Source of the DNA: Pseudomonadota bacterium
GTDB lineage: Bacteria > Myxococcota_A > UBA9160 > PR03
DNA: 61,635 nt
Direction of reading: 5' to 3'
Assembly: GCA_003576805.1 (NCBI GenBank)
Contig: QEVM01000004.1
Span: 1 to 61,635, forward strand
Shown: in pieces, positions 10,001-19,261 of the stretch
Layout: the number at the start of each line of letters is the position of its first letter
Position numbering within the stretch: the stretch's first letter is position 1
Program-made: the position numbers and the translations under genes
The notes under the pieces: generated by a model
Databases searched by the model: none
The model's input: the letters and a program-made list of their open reading frames with translations, nothing else
What the model was told of the DNA's origin: nothing

Positions 10001-10583
10001 GGCGCGCCGCTATCGCGCGCTGGTCGAGCGCGTCGCGGCGCGCGAGCGCGAGCGCTGCGGTCCGGGCGCGACGCCGCTCGCCGAAGCGGTCGCGCGCTAC
10101 GCCTTCAAGCTGATGTCGTACAAGGACGAGTACGAGGTCGCGCGGCTCTACACCGACGGCAGCTTCCGCGCGCAGCTCGAGCGCGAGTTCGAGTCGTGGG
10201 AGCGCCTCGAGATCCAGCTCGCGCCGCAGATCGCGAACTCGCGCGATCCCGACACCGGCCGCGCGCGCAAGCGCTCGCTCGGGGCGTGGATGTTCGCCGC
10301 GCTCGCCGTGCTGGCGCGGCTCAAGTTCCTGCGCGGCACGCCCTTCGACCCGTTCGGCTGGACCGCGCATCGCAAGCTCGAGCGCCGCCTCGTCGCGGAA
10401 TACGAGGCGACCGTCGCCGAGCTGTGCGACGGCCTCACGCCGGCGAACCGCGACGTCGCCGTCGAGATCGCGCGCATCCCCGAGCACATCCGCGGCTTCG
10501 ATCTGGTGAAGGAGCGGCACCTCGAGGAGGCGTCGGCCCGCCAGCGCGAGCTGCTCGCGCAGCTCCGCGCGATGCGCCGCTAG
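7071..10583 (+). CDS. indolepyruvate ferredoxin oxidoreductase family protein (fused alpha/beta)
   Basis: The N-terminus YLTGVQALVRLPMEQ...GYRGSPLG, the TPP-binding GDGTYFHS, a ferredoxin-like CEGCGDCSVQSNC and the C-terminal KDEYEVARL are all family hallmarks. There is no in-frame ATG, so I infer a TTG start at 7071 after GGGAG. Confidence 0.9.
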   Translation: MPVDRGYQLEHRYTRESGRVYLTGVQALVRLPMEQRRRDRAAGLTTAGFVSGYRGSPLGTYDMALWSARELLERHDVRFEPGVNEDLAATAVWGTQQATLHAGAKVDGVFGIWYGKGPGVDRSCDALKHANYAGTAPRGGVLALCGDDPAARSSSIAHQSEQAFVHCAIPVLNPSSVQEYLDFGLYGFALSRFAGSWVAMKCLTDTVDSARSVDVGADRVRIATPTDFALPPGGLSIRWANLPLEVERRVHQQRLPAAQAFVRANGLDRTAVSGGARPRLGIVTAGKAYLDVRQALEDLGLDERRCAEIGLAVYKVAMVWPLEPEGARRFCAGLEDVLVVEEKRSLLEDQLARILYDLSDRPRLLGKRDERGAPLVPAEGELAPGAVAEILRAWIACRVPELARVLPPRPESLAGAPAAGGPMRLPSFCSGCPHNTSTVVPDGSIALGGIGCHGMAVWMPERRTLAVTQMGGEGANWIGQAPYVDTPHVFQNVGDGTYFHSALLAIRAACAANVNITYKVLVNGAVAMTGGQPIEGEPILDGAVTVPEVARQLEAEGVRAIAVVSDAPDKYGAGARFPAGVTFHHRDELDRVQKRLRETPGVTAIVYDQSCAAEARRLRKQGTLADPDARVVINELVCEGCGDCSVQSNCISIAPVETEFGRKRRIDQSSCNKDYSCLKGYCPSFVTVHGGQLRTAGRGAPGPPDRRTGGDAVQLDDSLFASLPEPAVADLAQPWNVLVTGIGGSGVVTVGALVGMAAHLEGKGVSTLDVTGLAQKNGPVTSHVRVAARPDDLFATRIAAGGADLVIGADVVVTAGAESLLRIGKGRTHAVVNRHVAPTADFATNPDLDLSSARMEQAIRAAAGDEGCHFFDATALATALLGDALGTNLFLLGYAAQRGLLPVSLAALERAIELNGRAVAMNRRALAWGRLAAHDLAAVERAAQPALRGAARAEAPTLDELVARRAEFLTAYQNAAWARRYRALVERVAARERERCGPGATPLAEAVARYAFKLMSYKDEYEVARLYTDGSFRAQLEREFESWERLEIQLAPQIANSRDPDTGRARKRSLGAWMFAALAVLARLKFLRGTPFDPFGWTAHRKLERRLVAEYEATVAELCDGLTPANRDVAVEIARIPEHIRGFDLVKERHLEEASARQRELLAQLRAMRR

Positions 10584-10645
10584 CGGAACGCGCGCGCCGG
10601 CGATCTCGCCGACGCGCGCGGCGGCCGACGCTCACGAGACTGGGA

Positions 10646-11293
10646 TCACCGGCACGCGCCCTCGGTGTCCCCGTGCGCCTGGTGCGCCGGCCACGCCGCG
10701 GTGCCGACGGTGATCGTGTGCGCGTTGCCGGCGTTGCCGGGCGGCTCGTGGCAGATCGTGACCTTCGCCTCGGGCGACGGCCCCCAGTACACGACCGGCG
10801 TCGATCCGATCGGTTCGGTCTGCATCGAGAGCCCGCCGTCGACACCCTGCACGGTGCGCGTCGCGAACACGTGCACGGGGGTCAGGCTCGTCAGCAGGAA
10901 GAGACCCTGCACGAACGTCGTGGCCGGCGGCGGATCCTGGTAGAGGAACGCCGATCCGCGCAGATCGTCGCAGCTGACCTGGATCCCCGAACCGACCGGC
11001 ACCGTCTGCGAGATGACGTCCGATGCGTATCCCGGCAGCTGCCCGCCCGGCGGGAACGTGAGGAGGACCCGCTGATCGACGTGGGCCTCCCCGCGCGGGC
11101 TGTAGATGTCGATCGCGACTGCGTAGTCGCCCGGAAGGGCGCGACTGCGGTCGGTGGCGTCGTTCCCGCACGTGAAGGGGATCGCGTACTCGTAGGAGTA
11201 CACGATCGGCGGAGCCTTCTTCTTCTTGGCCTGCGCTGCAGGCCCGCTCACCACGAGCGCGGCCGTGATCGCGAACGCGAATGCGATGCGCAT
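10646..11293 (-). CDS. secreted hypothetical protein with C-terminal ICHxPPGNxxNxHTI motif
   Basis: The ATG at 11293 is preceded by a GGAGG-type RBS. Signal peptide MRIAFAFAITAALVVSGPAAQA followed by KKKK. C-terminal TICHEPPGNAGNAHTITVGTAAWPAHQAHGDTEGAC. Confidence 0.7.
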   Translation of the reverse strand: MRIAFAFAITAALVVSGPAAQAKKKKAPPIVYSYEYAIPFTCGNDATDRSRALPGDYAVAIDIYSPRGEAHVDQRVLLTFPPGGQLPGYASDVISQTVPVGSGIQVSCDDLRGSAFLYQDPPPATTFVQGLFLLTSLTPVHVFATRTVQGVDGGLSMQTEPIGSTPVVYWGPSPEAKVTICHEPPGNAGNAHTITVGTAAWPAHQAHGDTEGACR

Positions 11294-11480
11294 GACGAGA
11301 GCCTCCGTTGGGGATGGCCGAACATCGGACGGACCTCGTTCGGAGGTCGTGACCCGGCGCACGGCAAGTCGCGACGGGGAAACCGAAGCTGCTCGGCGGC
11401 GCGCCGTTCCTGGCGGGTTCGCGGCGTGGCGCTAGAGATGCGTCGCGCCGCGCGGTTGCGGCGCGCATCCCACGAGCACG

Positions 11481-12461
11481 ATGCGCACGATCGCTCGCAG
11501 CCTCGTCGTCACGGTGGCGCTCCTCGCGCTCGGCTGGTGCGCGCTCGCGCTCGGCTACACGCTGCCGGGGCCGCCGCTCGTCGGCAGGATGGTCGCGGGC
11601 CTCGCGGTCGCCGGCGGACTTCTCGGCTTTGGCGTGCTCGGTCTCGCGCGCGGCTGTGTGCTCGTCGCGGGGATCTTCGCGGTCGTCGTCGTCTGGTACG
11701 GCTCGCTCGCGCCGCCGCAGGACGCCGACTGGCAGCCGGACGTCGCGCGACTGCCGCGCGCGACGCTCGACGGCGACCGGCTCACCATCGAGAACGTCCG
11801 CAACTTCGACTACCGCTCCGAGACCGACTTCACGCCGCGCTGGGAGACGCGCAGCTACGACCTCTCGAAGATCGACGGCGTCGACATGTTCTTCTCGCAC
11901 TGGAGCGGGCCCGCGGTCGCGCACACGATCCTGTCGTGGTCGTTCGCGGACGGGCAGCACCTCGCGATCTCGATCGAGACGCGCAAGCGCGTCGGGCAGG
12001 AATACTCCGCCGTCGCGGGCTTCTTCCGCCAGTACCCGATCTACTACGTCGTCGCCGACGAACGCGACGTGGTGCGGCTGCGCACCAACCAGCGCGGCGA
12101 GAACGTCTGGATGTATCGCGTGAAGCCGGCCCGCCCCGGCGGCGAGCGGGCTCTGTTGCTCGACTACGTCGCGAGCATCGACGCGCTCGCCGAGCGGCCT
12201 GCGTGGTACGACGCGCTCACCGACAACTGCACGACCACGATCCACCGGCACGCGCAGCACCTGAACCCGGACGCCAATCCGCTCGACTGGCGGCTCTTCG
12301 CGAACGGGTACCTGCCGGAGCTCCTGTACGAGCAGGGGCGCATCGACACCAGTCTGCCGTTCGACGCGCTCGCGCGTCGCAGCCAGATCGACGAGCGCGC
12401 CAGAGCCGCCGATCGAGATCCCGCGTTTTCGGCGCGCATCCGCGCGCCGGCGGAACGCTGA
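11481..12461 (+). CDS. DUF4105 domain-containing membrane protein
   Basis: N-terminal TM helices, then RNFDY...WSGPAVAHTILSW...YPIYYVVADERD...DNCTT, which is typical of the DUF4105 (Lnb-like) family. Confidence 0.8.
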   Translation: MRTIARSLVVTVALLALGWCALALGYTLPGPPLVGRMVAGLAVAGGLLGFGVLGLARGCVLVAGIFAVVVVWYGSLAPPQDADWQPDVARLPRATLDGDRLTIENVRNFDYRSETDFTPRWETRSYDLSKIDGVDMFFSHWSGPAVAHTILSWSFADGQHLAISIETRKRVGQEYSAVAGFFRQYPIYYVVADERDVVRLRTNQRGENVWMYRVKPARPGGERALLLDYVASIDALAERPAWYDALTDNCTTTIHRHAQHLNPDANPLDWRLFANGYLPELLYEQGRIDTSLPFDALARRSQIDERARAADRDPAFSARIRAPAER

Positions 12462-12462
12462 G

Positions 12463-12897
12463 CTAGAGCTCGTCGCCGCCGAGCGCCTCCTCGAACGCGT
12501 CGGCGGCGTTCGCGGCGCGCACCAGCGCGAGCAGCGCGGCGGCGGGGTCGATCTCGGCGAGGCGCAGCGGCACGACGAGCGCGACGTAGTCGCGGCCGTC
12601 GATCGACACGATCGCGAGCGCGCCGGCGTTGAGCGTCGCGTTGCGCTGGAGCAGCGCGTGCGAGGCTTCGGCCGCGAGCGGGCGGTCCTTCGGCAGCGGC
12701 GCCGCCGGCGCGACGACGCGGGCGAGCTCGCCGTCGCCGTCGCCCTCCCACGCGATCCACACGCCGTGCAGGCGGCCCGGCACCGTCTCGACGGTGACGC
12801 GGAGCAACGTGGTGCCGAGGCCTTCGAGGATGCGGATGCCGGTCGCGCCGCGCCTCGCTTCGTCTTCGAGGAGGTTTTGCAGTTCGCCGAACGTCAT
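12463..12897 (-). CDS. YbjN-like / T3SS-chaperone-like hypothetical protein
   Basis: 144 aa, acidic, with LLQRNATLNAGALAI...AADAFEE resembling the YbjN fold family. The assignment is weak. Confidence 0.6.
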   Translation of the reverse strand: MTFGELQNLLEDEARRGATGIRILEGLGTTLLRVTVETVPGRLHGVWIAWEGDGDGELARVVAPAAPLPKDRPLAAEASHALLQRNATLNAGALAIVSIDGRDYVALVVPLRLAEIDPAAALLALVRAANAADAFEEALGGDEL

Positions 12898-13028
12898 GGG
12901 GGCCGCTCGCTGGTGGGATTCGGAGCCGCATCGGCAGCGGAGCTGCGCGACTTGACCCGAGCGCCCGCGCCGTCCTGGCGGACCCGCCCGCCGACCGCGA
13001 CCCTGCGCCCTCCAATCGGGGGACGGCG

Positions 13029-14885
13029 ATGCGAGTGCGACGCGGACTCGGGTGGGCCTCGCTCGCGACGGCGGCGTCGCTCGCGACGGCTTGCGCGACG
13101 CCGGTGGGCGTCGATCGCGCCAGCCCGCGTGACGTGCATCGCGAGCTCACCGAGAACGCGTTGTCGAGCGACCGGGCGAGCGCGGCGACGCGCGAGTTCC
13201 TGACGCGCGCGAGCCTCGTCCAGCGTTGGAAGGACGAGCCCGACGAGACGCTGCTCGCGCTGCACCGGGAGCTCGCGCCGGCCGGCGACCTCGACCGGCT
13301 GTTCGCGCTCGCCGAGCTCTCGTTCGTGCGCGCCGAGCGCACGAACGATCCGTCGCACGCGCTCGCGGCGGCGCTCTACGCCTACGCCTTCCTGTTCGGC
13401 GACGACGGCGATCCTGCGTGGCGCGCGCTCGATCCCTTCGACCCGCGCATCCAGGTGGCGCGCCACCTCTACAACCGCGGCCTCACGCTCGGGCTGGCGG
13501 ACTCGCGCGAGGGAGTGGTCGACCTGTCGAGCAAGCGCCGCGCGCTTCCGTTCGGCGCGCTCGACGTCGCGTCGTCGCCGGCGGACTTCGTGTGGGCGGG
13601 TTGGTCGCTCGTGCGCTTCGCGCCGGCCGCCGACTACCGCGTTCGCGGGCTCGACAATCGCTATCGGAAGGCGGGCATCGGCGCTCCGCTCGCTGCGCAC
13701 CTCGGCGAGGAGATGACGCCCAGCCCGGCGGGCGCGCTGGTCGCGCCGCGGCTGCGCGTGCCGGTGACCGCGTTCCTGCGCGTCGACGACGTGCGCGCGC
13801 AGCTCGCGTCGGGGCGCGTCCGCGGACGCCTCGAAGTGTATTCGGAGGACGAGCGCTCGGAGCTCGTGGTCCACGGCGAGGCGGTTCCCGTCGAGCTCGA
13901 GAAGAGCTCGTCGCTCGCGTACATGCTCGAGGGCGCGCCGATCTGGGACTTCGGCTTGCTGGGCTTCCGGCTCGGCGACTACCTGCCCGGCCGGAGCGAG
14001 CGACTGGTCCTCCTGCACCCGTACATCCCCGGGCGGATTCCGCTCGTGCTCGTGCACGGCACCTTCTCGAGTCCCGCCACGTGGGCGCAGATGGTGAACG
14101 AGCTGGAGAACGACCCCGGGATCTCGAAGCGCTACCAGCCCTGGCTCTTCATCTACAACTCGGGAAACCCCGTCGTCTACTCCGCGGGCCTGCTCTCGGA
14201 GGCGCTCCAGAAGGTGGTCGCCTCGCTCGATCCGCAGGGCGCCGATGCGGCGCTGCGGCGCATGGTGATCGTCGGCCACAGCCAGGGCGGCCTGCTCACC
14301 AAGCTCATGACGGTGCACAGCGGCGACGTCTTCTGGAACAACATCGCGCGCAAGCCGATCGACGAGGTCGACCTCGATCCCGACTCGCGCGCGCTCCTGC
14401 AGCGCTCGATGTTCTACGAGCCGCTGCCGTTCGTGAAGCGGGTCGTCTTCATGGCGACGCCGCACCACGGCAGCTACCTGTCCGACTTCCGTGTCACCAG
14501 CTGGATCTCGCGGCTCGTGAAGCTGCCCGCTCGCATCACGAAGCTGACGCTGGACGTGGCGATGAAGGGCGGCGACGAGTTCTACCTCTCGGCGCTGGAC
14601 CGCAAGCCGACGAGCCTCGACAACATGGCTTCGAACAACAAGGCGCTGCGAGCGCTCGCCGCGCTCCCGGTCGCGCCCGGCATCGCGTATCACTCGATCA
14701 TCGCCGTGCGCGGCGACGGGCCCTGGGAGGACGGCGGCGACGGCGTCGTGAAGTACCGGAGCGCGCGCCTCGAGGGCGCCGCGTCGGAGAAGGTCGTGAA
14801 GTCGGGCCACTCGGTGCAGATGACGCAGGAGGGCATCCAGGAGGTGCGGCGCATCCTGGTCGAGCACGCCGCCGCGGCGGACTGA
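13029..14885 (+). CDS. lipoprotein alpha/beta-hydrolase (esterase/lipase-like)
   Basis: Lipobox LATAC after the signal peptide. LVLVHGTFSSPATW and the nucleophile elbow GHSQGG. A C-terminal His region is present. Confidence 0.8.
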   Translation: MRVRRGLGWASLATAASLATACATPVGVDRASPRDVHRELTENALSSDRASAATREFLTRASLVQRWKDEPDETLLALHRELAPAGDLDRLFALAELSFVRAERTNDPSHALAAALYAYAFLFGDDGDPAWRALDPFDPRIQVARHLYNRGLTLGLADSREGVVDLSSKRRALPFGALDVASSPADFVWAGWSLVRFAPAADYRVRGLDNRYRKAGIGAPLAAHLGEEMTPSPAGALVAPRLRVPVTAFLRVDDVRAQLASGRVRGRLEVYSEDERSELVVHGEAVPVELEKSSSLAYMLEGAPIWDFGLLGFRLGDYLPGRSERLVLLHPYIPGRIPLVLVHGTFSSPATWAQMVNELENDPGISKRYQPWLFIYNSGNPVVYSAGLLSEALQKVVASLDPQGADAALRRMVIVGHSQGGLLTKLMTVHSGDVFWNNIARKPIDEVDLDPDSRALLQRSMFYEPLPFVKRVVFMATPHHGSYLSDFRVTSWISRLVKLPARITKLTLDVAMKGGDEFYLSALDRKPTSLDNMASNNKALRALAALPVAPGIAYHSIIAVRGDGPWEDGGDGVVKYRSARLEGAASEKVVKSGHSVQMTQEGIQEVRRILVEHAAAAD

Positions 14886-14897
14886 CGCGCCGCTGCG

Positions 14898-15257
14898 TCA
14901 GCGCAGCCAGCCGGGCGGAATGCCGCGCCGGCGCGCCTGCTCCTCGAACTGGTCGAGCTCGGTGCGCGCGGCTTCGAGATCGGCGCGCTGCTGGTCGCAG
15001 CGCTTGATCTCGACCTCGCGCCAGCGGCCGTCGCGACCGCGCGTCACGTAGCCGGCGACGCCGTCGTAGGCGGGCGGCGCCTCGCGCTCCTCGCACGCCG
15101 CGACCTCACGCTCGAGGCTCGCGACTGCCGCAGCGCGCGCGGCGTGCTGCGCGCGCCACCACGCCTCGCCCTCGTCGCCGCGCGCCGGATCGGCGTGCAG
15201 CGCTGCAGCGCGGAGCGCGAGCGAGGCGAGCGCGGCGTAGCGGAGGAGATGGCGCAT
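14898..15257 (-). CDS. small secreted hypothetical protein
   Basis: The internal ATG at 15257 gives MRHLLRYAALASLALRAAALHA (signal peptide) followed by a charged coiled-coil-like segment. No family recognised. Confidence 0.5.
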   Translation of the reverse strand: MRHLLRYAALASLALRAAALHADPARGDEGEAWWRAQHAARAAAVASLEREVAACEEREAPPAYDGVAGYVTRGRDGRWREVEIKRCDQQRADLEAARTELDQFEEQARRRGIPPGWLR

Positions 15258-15307
15258 GGCGCTCGGATCGGAGCGCCATGCGCCAGCCTTGAGACGCGGG
15301 CTCGGGA

Positions 15308-15826
15308 TCAGGGCACGTCGGGCGTCGGCTGCTCGTGCACGGGAATCTCGTCCGGCAGCCCGCCGAGCGCGACGGCGATCTTCGAGAAGCCCATGAAGAG
15401 CGCGATGCCCGCGCCGAGCTCCGCGCGCTCCGCCGGCGTGAACGCCGCGAGCAGCGCGCGGCGCGCGGCGTCCGGGAGCGCGCCCGCGTCGTCGTGGAAG
15501 GCGTCCACCGCCGCGAGCGCCGCCTCGTGGCGCGGCGCGAGATCGCGCGCGGCCCAGTCGTCGCGGATGCGGTCCACGACGTCCTCGGTGAGCCCTTCGC
15601 GGCGCGCGCCGGCGAAGCGGATCGCCTTGCAGATCGGGCAGTCGACGCGGCGCGCGTTGCGGATGCGCGCGACCTCCTTCGTCGCGTGGTCGACGACGCC
15701 GCGGCTCCACAGCACGCCGTAGAGCCGGAGGAACGCGCGCAGCGACTCCGGCTGGATCGCGAGCGGGCTCGCCTGGATCGGATCGCTGGACGCCGTCTTC
15801 GGCGGAGCGACGCGCGCGGGCTTCAT
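15308..15826 (-). CDS. carboxymuconolactone decarboxylase (AhpD-like) family protein
   Basis: The ATG at 15826 is preceded by GGGAGGA. It has a CPIC (CxxC) motif and helical AhpD-like composition. It overlaps the upstream gene by ATGA. Confidence 0.8.
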   Translation of the reverse strand: MKPARVAPPKTASSDPIQASPLAIQPESLRAFLRLYGVLWSRGVVDHATKEVARIRNARRVDCPICKAIRFAGARREGLTEDVVDRIRDDWAARDLAPRHEAALAAVDAFHDDAGALPDAARRALLAAFTPAERAELGAGIALFMGFSKIAVALGGLPDEIPVHEQPTPDVP

Positions 15827-16290
15827 GCGTCCTCCCGTTCGAGCGACGCCGCGAAACGCGCGAAGCGCGCGAAGCCGTCGAGGATCGCGAGCGCCTCGAC
15901 GAACGCGACGGTGCCGGCGTCGCCGAGCGCTTGCGTGACCGCGCGCGCCTCCTCGTCGGAGATCTGCTGCGCGTCGAGCACGAACTGCTCGGCGAAGCGC
16001 AGGCAGGCGCGCTCGGTGTCGTCGAAGAGCTCGCTCGACCACCAGCGTTCGAGCGCCGCGCGCTTGCGGGGGTCGAGCGCCGCGCGCGCCGCGCGCATCG
16101 CGTCGCAGGCGTCGGGCACCGCGGCGCCGAGCATCTGGCCGACTCGCGCGCGCGCGAGCTCGAGCAGGGCGGGGTCGAGCAGCGCGCGTTCCCAGAAGAC
16201 CGACGCGAAGGCGCGCCAGGCGTCGTACAGCTCGGGGCGCAGCGAGAACACGCGTTCGAAGGATCCGGGGCCGTCGGCTTGGAGCGTCAC
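15823..16290 (-). CDS. AhpD-like / carboxymuconolactone decarboxylase family protein
   Basis: 155-aa helical protein with a GTG start, translationally coupled to 15308..15826. It lacks a CxxC motif. Confidence 0.7.
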   Translation of the reverse strand: MTLQADGPGSFERVFSLRPELYDAWRAFASVFWERALLDPALLELARARVGQMLGAAVPDACDAMRAARAALDPRKRAALERWWSSELFDDTERACLRFAEQFVLDAQQISDEEARAVTQALGDAGTVAFVEALAILDGFARFARFAASLEREDA

Positions 16291-16355
16291 GCGGGCAGGT
16301 TACTCTGCCCGCACGGCGCGCGGACGGGCTCGTGCGACCGGGCGAGGAGATCCGC

Positions 16356-17237
16356 ATGCGCTGGCGAGGAGGGCGCCGCAGCCAGAACGTCGAGGACCGC
16401 CGCGGCGCGCGCATGCCGATGGGCGGAGGGCTCCGCCTCGGCGGCAGCGGGATCCTGCTCGTGCTGCTCGCCGCGTGGCTGTTCGGAGCCAACCCGCTCA
16501 CGCTGCTCCAGATCTTGGCGGGCGGCGGCAGCGCGATCGAGACGTCGCCGGACGACGGCTACGAGCAGCCGGCCCCGGCGCCGGGCGGCGCGACCGACGA
16601 GGGCGCCGAGTTCGTGTCGGTCGTGCTCGCCGACACCGAGGACACCTGGAACGAGATCTTCGCGTCGGGCGGCGAGCGCTACGCCGCGCCCAAGCTCGTG
16701 CTCTTCAGCGACGTCGTGCGCTCCGCGTGCGGGACGGCGCAGTCGGCGATGGGCCCGTTCTACTGCCCGCTCGACCAGAAGGTCTACATCGACCTCGTCT
16801 TCTATCGCGATCTGCGCGAACGCTTCCGCGCGCCCGGCGATTTCGCGCAGGCCTACGTGATCGCGCACGAGGTGGGCCATCACGTGCAGACGCTGCTCGG
16901 CACCTCGCAGAAGGTGCGCGACGCGCAGCAGCGCATGGGCCAGGAGCAGGCCAATGCCCTGTCGGTGCGGCTCGAGCTGCAGGCCGACTGCTACGCCGGC
17001 GTGTGGGCGCACCACGCGCACCGCGCGCGCCAGATCCTCGAGCAGGGCGACGTCGAGGAGGGCCTCGGCGCGGCCGCCGCGATCGGCGACGACCGCATCC
17101 AACGCCAGACCCAGGGCACCGTCGTCCCCGAGTCGTTCACGCACGGCAGCTCGGCGCAGCGCGTCACCTGGTTCCGCCGCGGCCTCGAGTCGGGGTCCAT
17201 GCAGAGCTGCGACACCTTCGCGGCGGGGTCGCCGTAG
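16356..17237 (+). CDS. ypfJ: YpfJ-family neutral zinc metallopeptidase
   Basis: MRWRGGRRSQNVEDRRG is a hallmark N-terminus. It has one TM helix, the HEVGHH zinc motif and LQADCYAGVW. GAGGAG lies before the ATG at 16356. Confidence 0.9.
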   Translation: MRWRGGRRSQNVEDRRGARMPMGGGLRLGGSGILLVLLAAWLFGANPLTLLQILAGGGSAIETSPDDGYEQPAPAPGGATDEGAEFVSVVLADTEDTWNEIFASGGERYAAPKLVLFSDVVRSACGTAQSAMGPFYCPLDQKVYIDLVFYRDLRERFRAPGDFAQAYVIAHEVGHHVQTLLGTSQKVRDAQQRMGQEQANALSVRLELQADCYAGVWAHHAHRARQILEQGDVEEGLGAAAAIGDDRIQRQTQGTVVPESFTHGSSAQRVTWFRRGLESGSMQSCDTFAAGSP

Positions 17238-17303
17238 CGATCGCTCGCGCCGATCGCGGCTCCGCGCGATTTCTCTCTTGATCTCTGCCCGGGATCCGAA
17301 TAG

Positions 17304-17321
17304 AACTAACGCTCGTTAGTT
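17304..17321. promoter_or_regulatory. candidate TetR operator (8-bp inverted repeat AACTAACG-CT-CGTTAGTT)
   Basis: Perfect 8+8 palindrome in an unusually AT-rich patch, 16 nt upstream of the TetR start codon. Confidence 0.5.
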
Positions 17322-17336
17322 TTTTCGGAGCCCGCC

Positions 17337-17993
17337 ATGCCCGCTTCGCCGCTCCTCCCGTCCCTGGACTCGCCGCACCGGCGCAAAGGCGAGCAGACCG
17401 CGGAGCGGATCCTCGACGCGGCCGAGGCGCTCTTCGCGGAGCGCGGCTACGCGGGCACCTCGCTGCGCGACGTGGCGGCGCGGGTCGAGCTGCGGATCCC
17501 GTCGCTCTACAACCACTTCCCGAGCAAGGACGCGCTCTACGCCGCCGTGCTCGCGCGCGGCATCGGGCCCGTGCTCGAGCTGCTCGCCGGGTTCGCGGCG
17601 GCGCCCAGCGAGTCGCGCGACGCCGGGGCGGTGATCGAGCGCGTGATGGCGATCCTGCGCCGGCACCGCAACCTGCCCAAGCTGATCCAGCACGAGACGC
17701 TGGCCGGCGGGCCGCGCCTCACGCCGATGCTGCGCGAGTGGATCGCGCCGGTCTTCGGGCGCGCCGGCGAGATGGCCGAGACGGCGCCGGGCGCCGGGCG
17801 CTGGGCGCCCGAGCAGCTCCCGCTCGTCGTGATCGCCGTCTACAACGTGCTGGTCGGCTTCTTCACGTTCGCGCCGCTCTACCAGGCGCTCAACGGCGAC
17901 GACCTGCTCACCGACGCCAGGCTCGACCACCAGACCCGCATCCTGCGCGAGGTCGTCGCCGCGCTGTTCCCCGAAGTCCCGATCGAACGCTGA
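17337..17993 (+). CDS. TetR/AcrR family transcriptional regulator
   Basis: N-terminal HTH: ILDAAEALFAERGYAGTSLRDVAARVELRIPSLYNHFPSKDALY. Confidence 0.9.
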   Translation: MPASPLLPSLDSPHRRKGEQTAERILDAAEALFAERGYAGTSLRDVAARVELRIPSLYNHFPSKDALYAAVLARGIGPVLELLAGFAAAPSESRDAGAVIERVMAILRRHRNLPKLIQHETLAGGPRLTPMLREWIAPVFGRAGEMAETAPGAGRWAPEQLPLVVIAVYNVLVGFFTFAPLYQALNGDDLLTDARLDHQTRILREVVAALFPEVPIER

Positions 17994-18002
17994 GGAGCTG
18001 CC

Positions 18003-19247
18003 ATGGACGCCACCGACGACGTGAACGTGAACGTCGCCTTCCTCGATCCCGCGAGCTGGGACGGCTCGATGCACGAGCGCATGCGCTGGCTGCGCCGCCA
18101 CGATCCCGTGCACTGGTCGGAGCCGGACGGGTGCTGGCTGGTGTCGCGCTACGAGGACGTCGCGCACGCGTCGAAGCGCCAGGACCTGTTCACCTCGGAG
18201 CAGGGCGTGCGCGTCGGCAACGCGCCGAAGATCGGGCTCATCGACGAGGGCGAGCCGCGCCACGGCCAGCTGCGCTCGATGATCAACAAGGGCTTCACGC
18301 CGCGCATGGTGAAGAAGCTCGAGATCGCGTTCCGCGAGATCGTGCGCGAGGCGCTCGACGCGATCGCGAAGCGCGGCCACTGCGACTTCGTCGAGGAGGT
18401 CGCGGTCCCGCTGCCGCTGCTCGTGATCGCGGAGATGATCGGCATCCGCAAGGAGGACCGGCAGCGCTTCCACGAATGGTCGGACGCGATGATTCGCGGC
18501 GACGGCGCGAAGGACCTCGCGATCATCGCCGCCGCGGGCAAGGCGTTCGTCGAGTACAGCGCCTACGTCACCGAGATCATCGAGGACCGGCGCAGGAGCC
18601 CGAAGGACGACCTCGTCAGCATCCTGGTCGGCGCCCACGACGCCGGCTTCCTGCGCAACTTCGGGCAGGAGCTGTCGGGACACCACGGCAGCGAGCAGCA
18701 GCTCGACCTCGCCAACAACGAGCTGATCATGCTGCTCGTGATCCTGCTGGTCGCGGGCAACGAGACCACGCGCAACGCGCTCTCGGGCGGCATGCAGCTC
18801 TTGATCGAGAACCCGGGCGAGCGCCGGAAGCTGCTGGAGCGGCCCGAGCTGCTCCCCTCCGCGATCGAGGAGATGGTGCGCGTGGTCTCGCCGGTGCAGT
18901 CGTTCGCGCGCACCGCCACCTGCGACACGGAGCTCGGCGGGCGCACGATCGCCAAAGGCGAGCGCATCCTGCTGCTCTATCCGTCGGCCAACCGCGACGA
19001 GGCGGTCTTCGAGAGCCCCGACGAGTTCCGCGTCGAGCGCAACCCGCTGCACCTCGGCTTCGGCCTCGGCCCGCACTTCTGCCTGGGCGCGAACCTCGCG
19101 CGCATGGAGATGCGCGTCGCGTTCGAGGCGCTGCTGCGGCGCTTCCCCGACATGCGCTACGCCGACGCCGAAGGCGCGGTGGTCGCGCCGTCGTCGCTGG
19201 TGCGTTCGTGCGTCCGCATGAACGTCGCGTTCACGCCCGAGCGCTAG
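18003..19247 (+). CDS. cytochrome P450
   Basis: Heme-binding FGLGPHFCLGANLAR, an ExxR motif and the I-helix AGNETT. GAGGAG lies before the ATG. Confidence 0.95.
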   Translation: MDATDDVNVNVAFLDPASWDGSMHERMRWLRRHDPVHWSEPDGCWLVSRYEDVAHASKRQDLFTSEQGVRVGNAPKIGLIDEGEPRHGQLRSMINKGFTPRMVKKLEIAFREIVREALDAIAKRGHCDFVEEVAVPLPLLVIAEMIGIRKEDRQRFHEWSDAMIRGDGAKDLAIIAAAGKAFVEYSAYVTEIIEDRRRSPKDDLVSILVGAHDAGFLRNFGQELSGHHGSEQQLDLANNELIMLLVILLVAGNETTRNALSGGMQLLIENPGERRKLLERPELLPSAIEEMVRVVSPVQSFARTATCDTELGGRTIAKGERILLLYPSANRDEAVFESPDEFRVERNPLHLGFGLGPHFCLGANLARMEMRVAFEALLRRFPDMRYADAEGAVVAPSSLVRSCVRMNVAFTPER

Positions 19248-19261
19248 GAGTCCGCCTCGCC

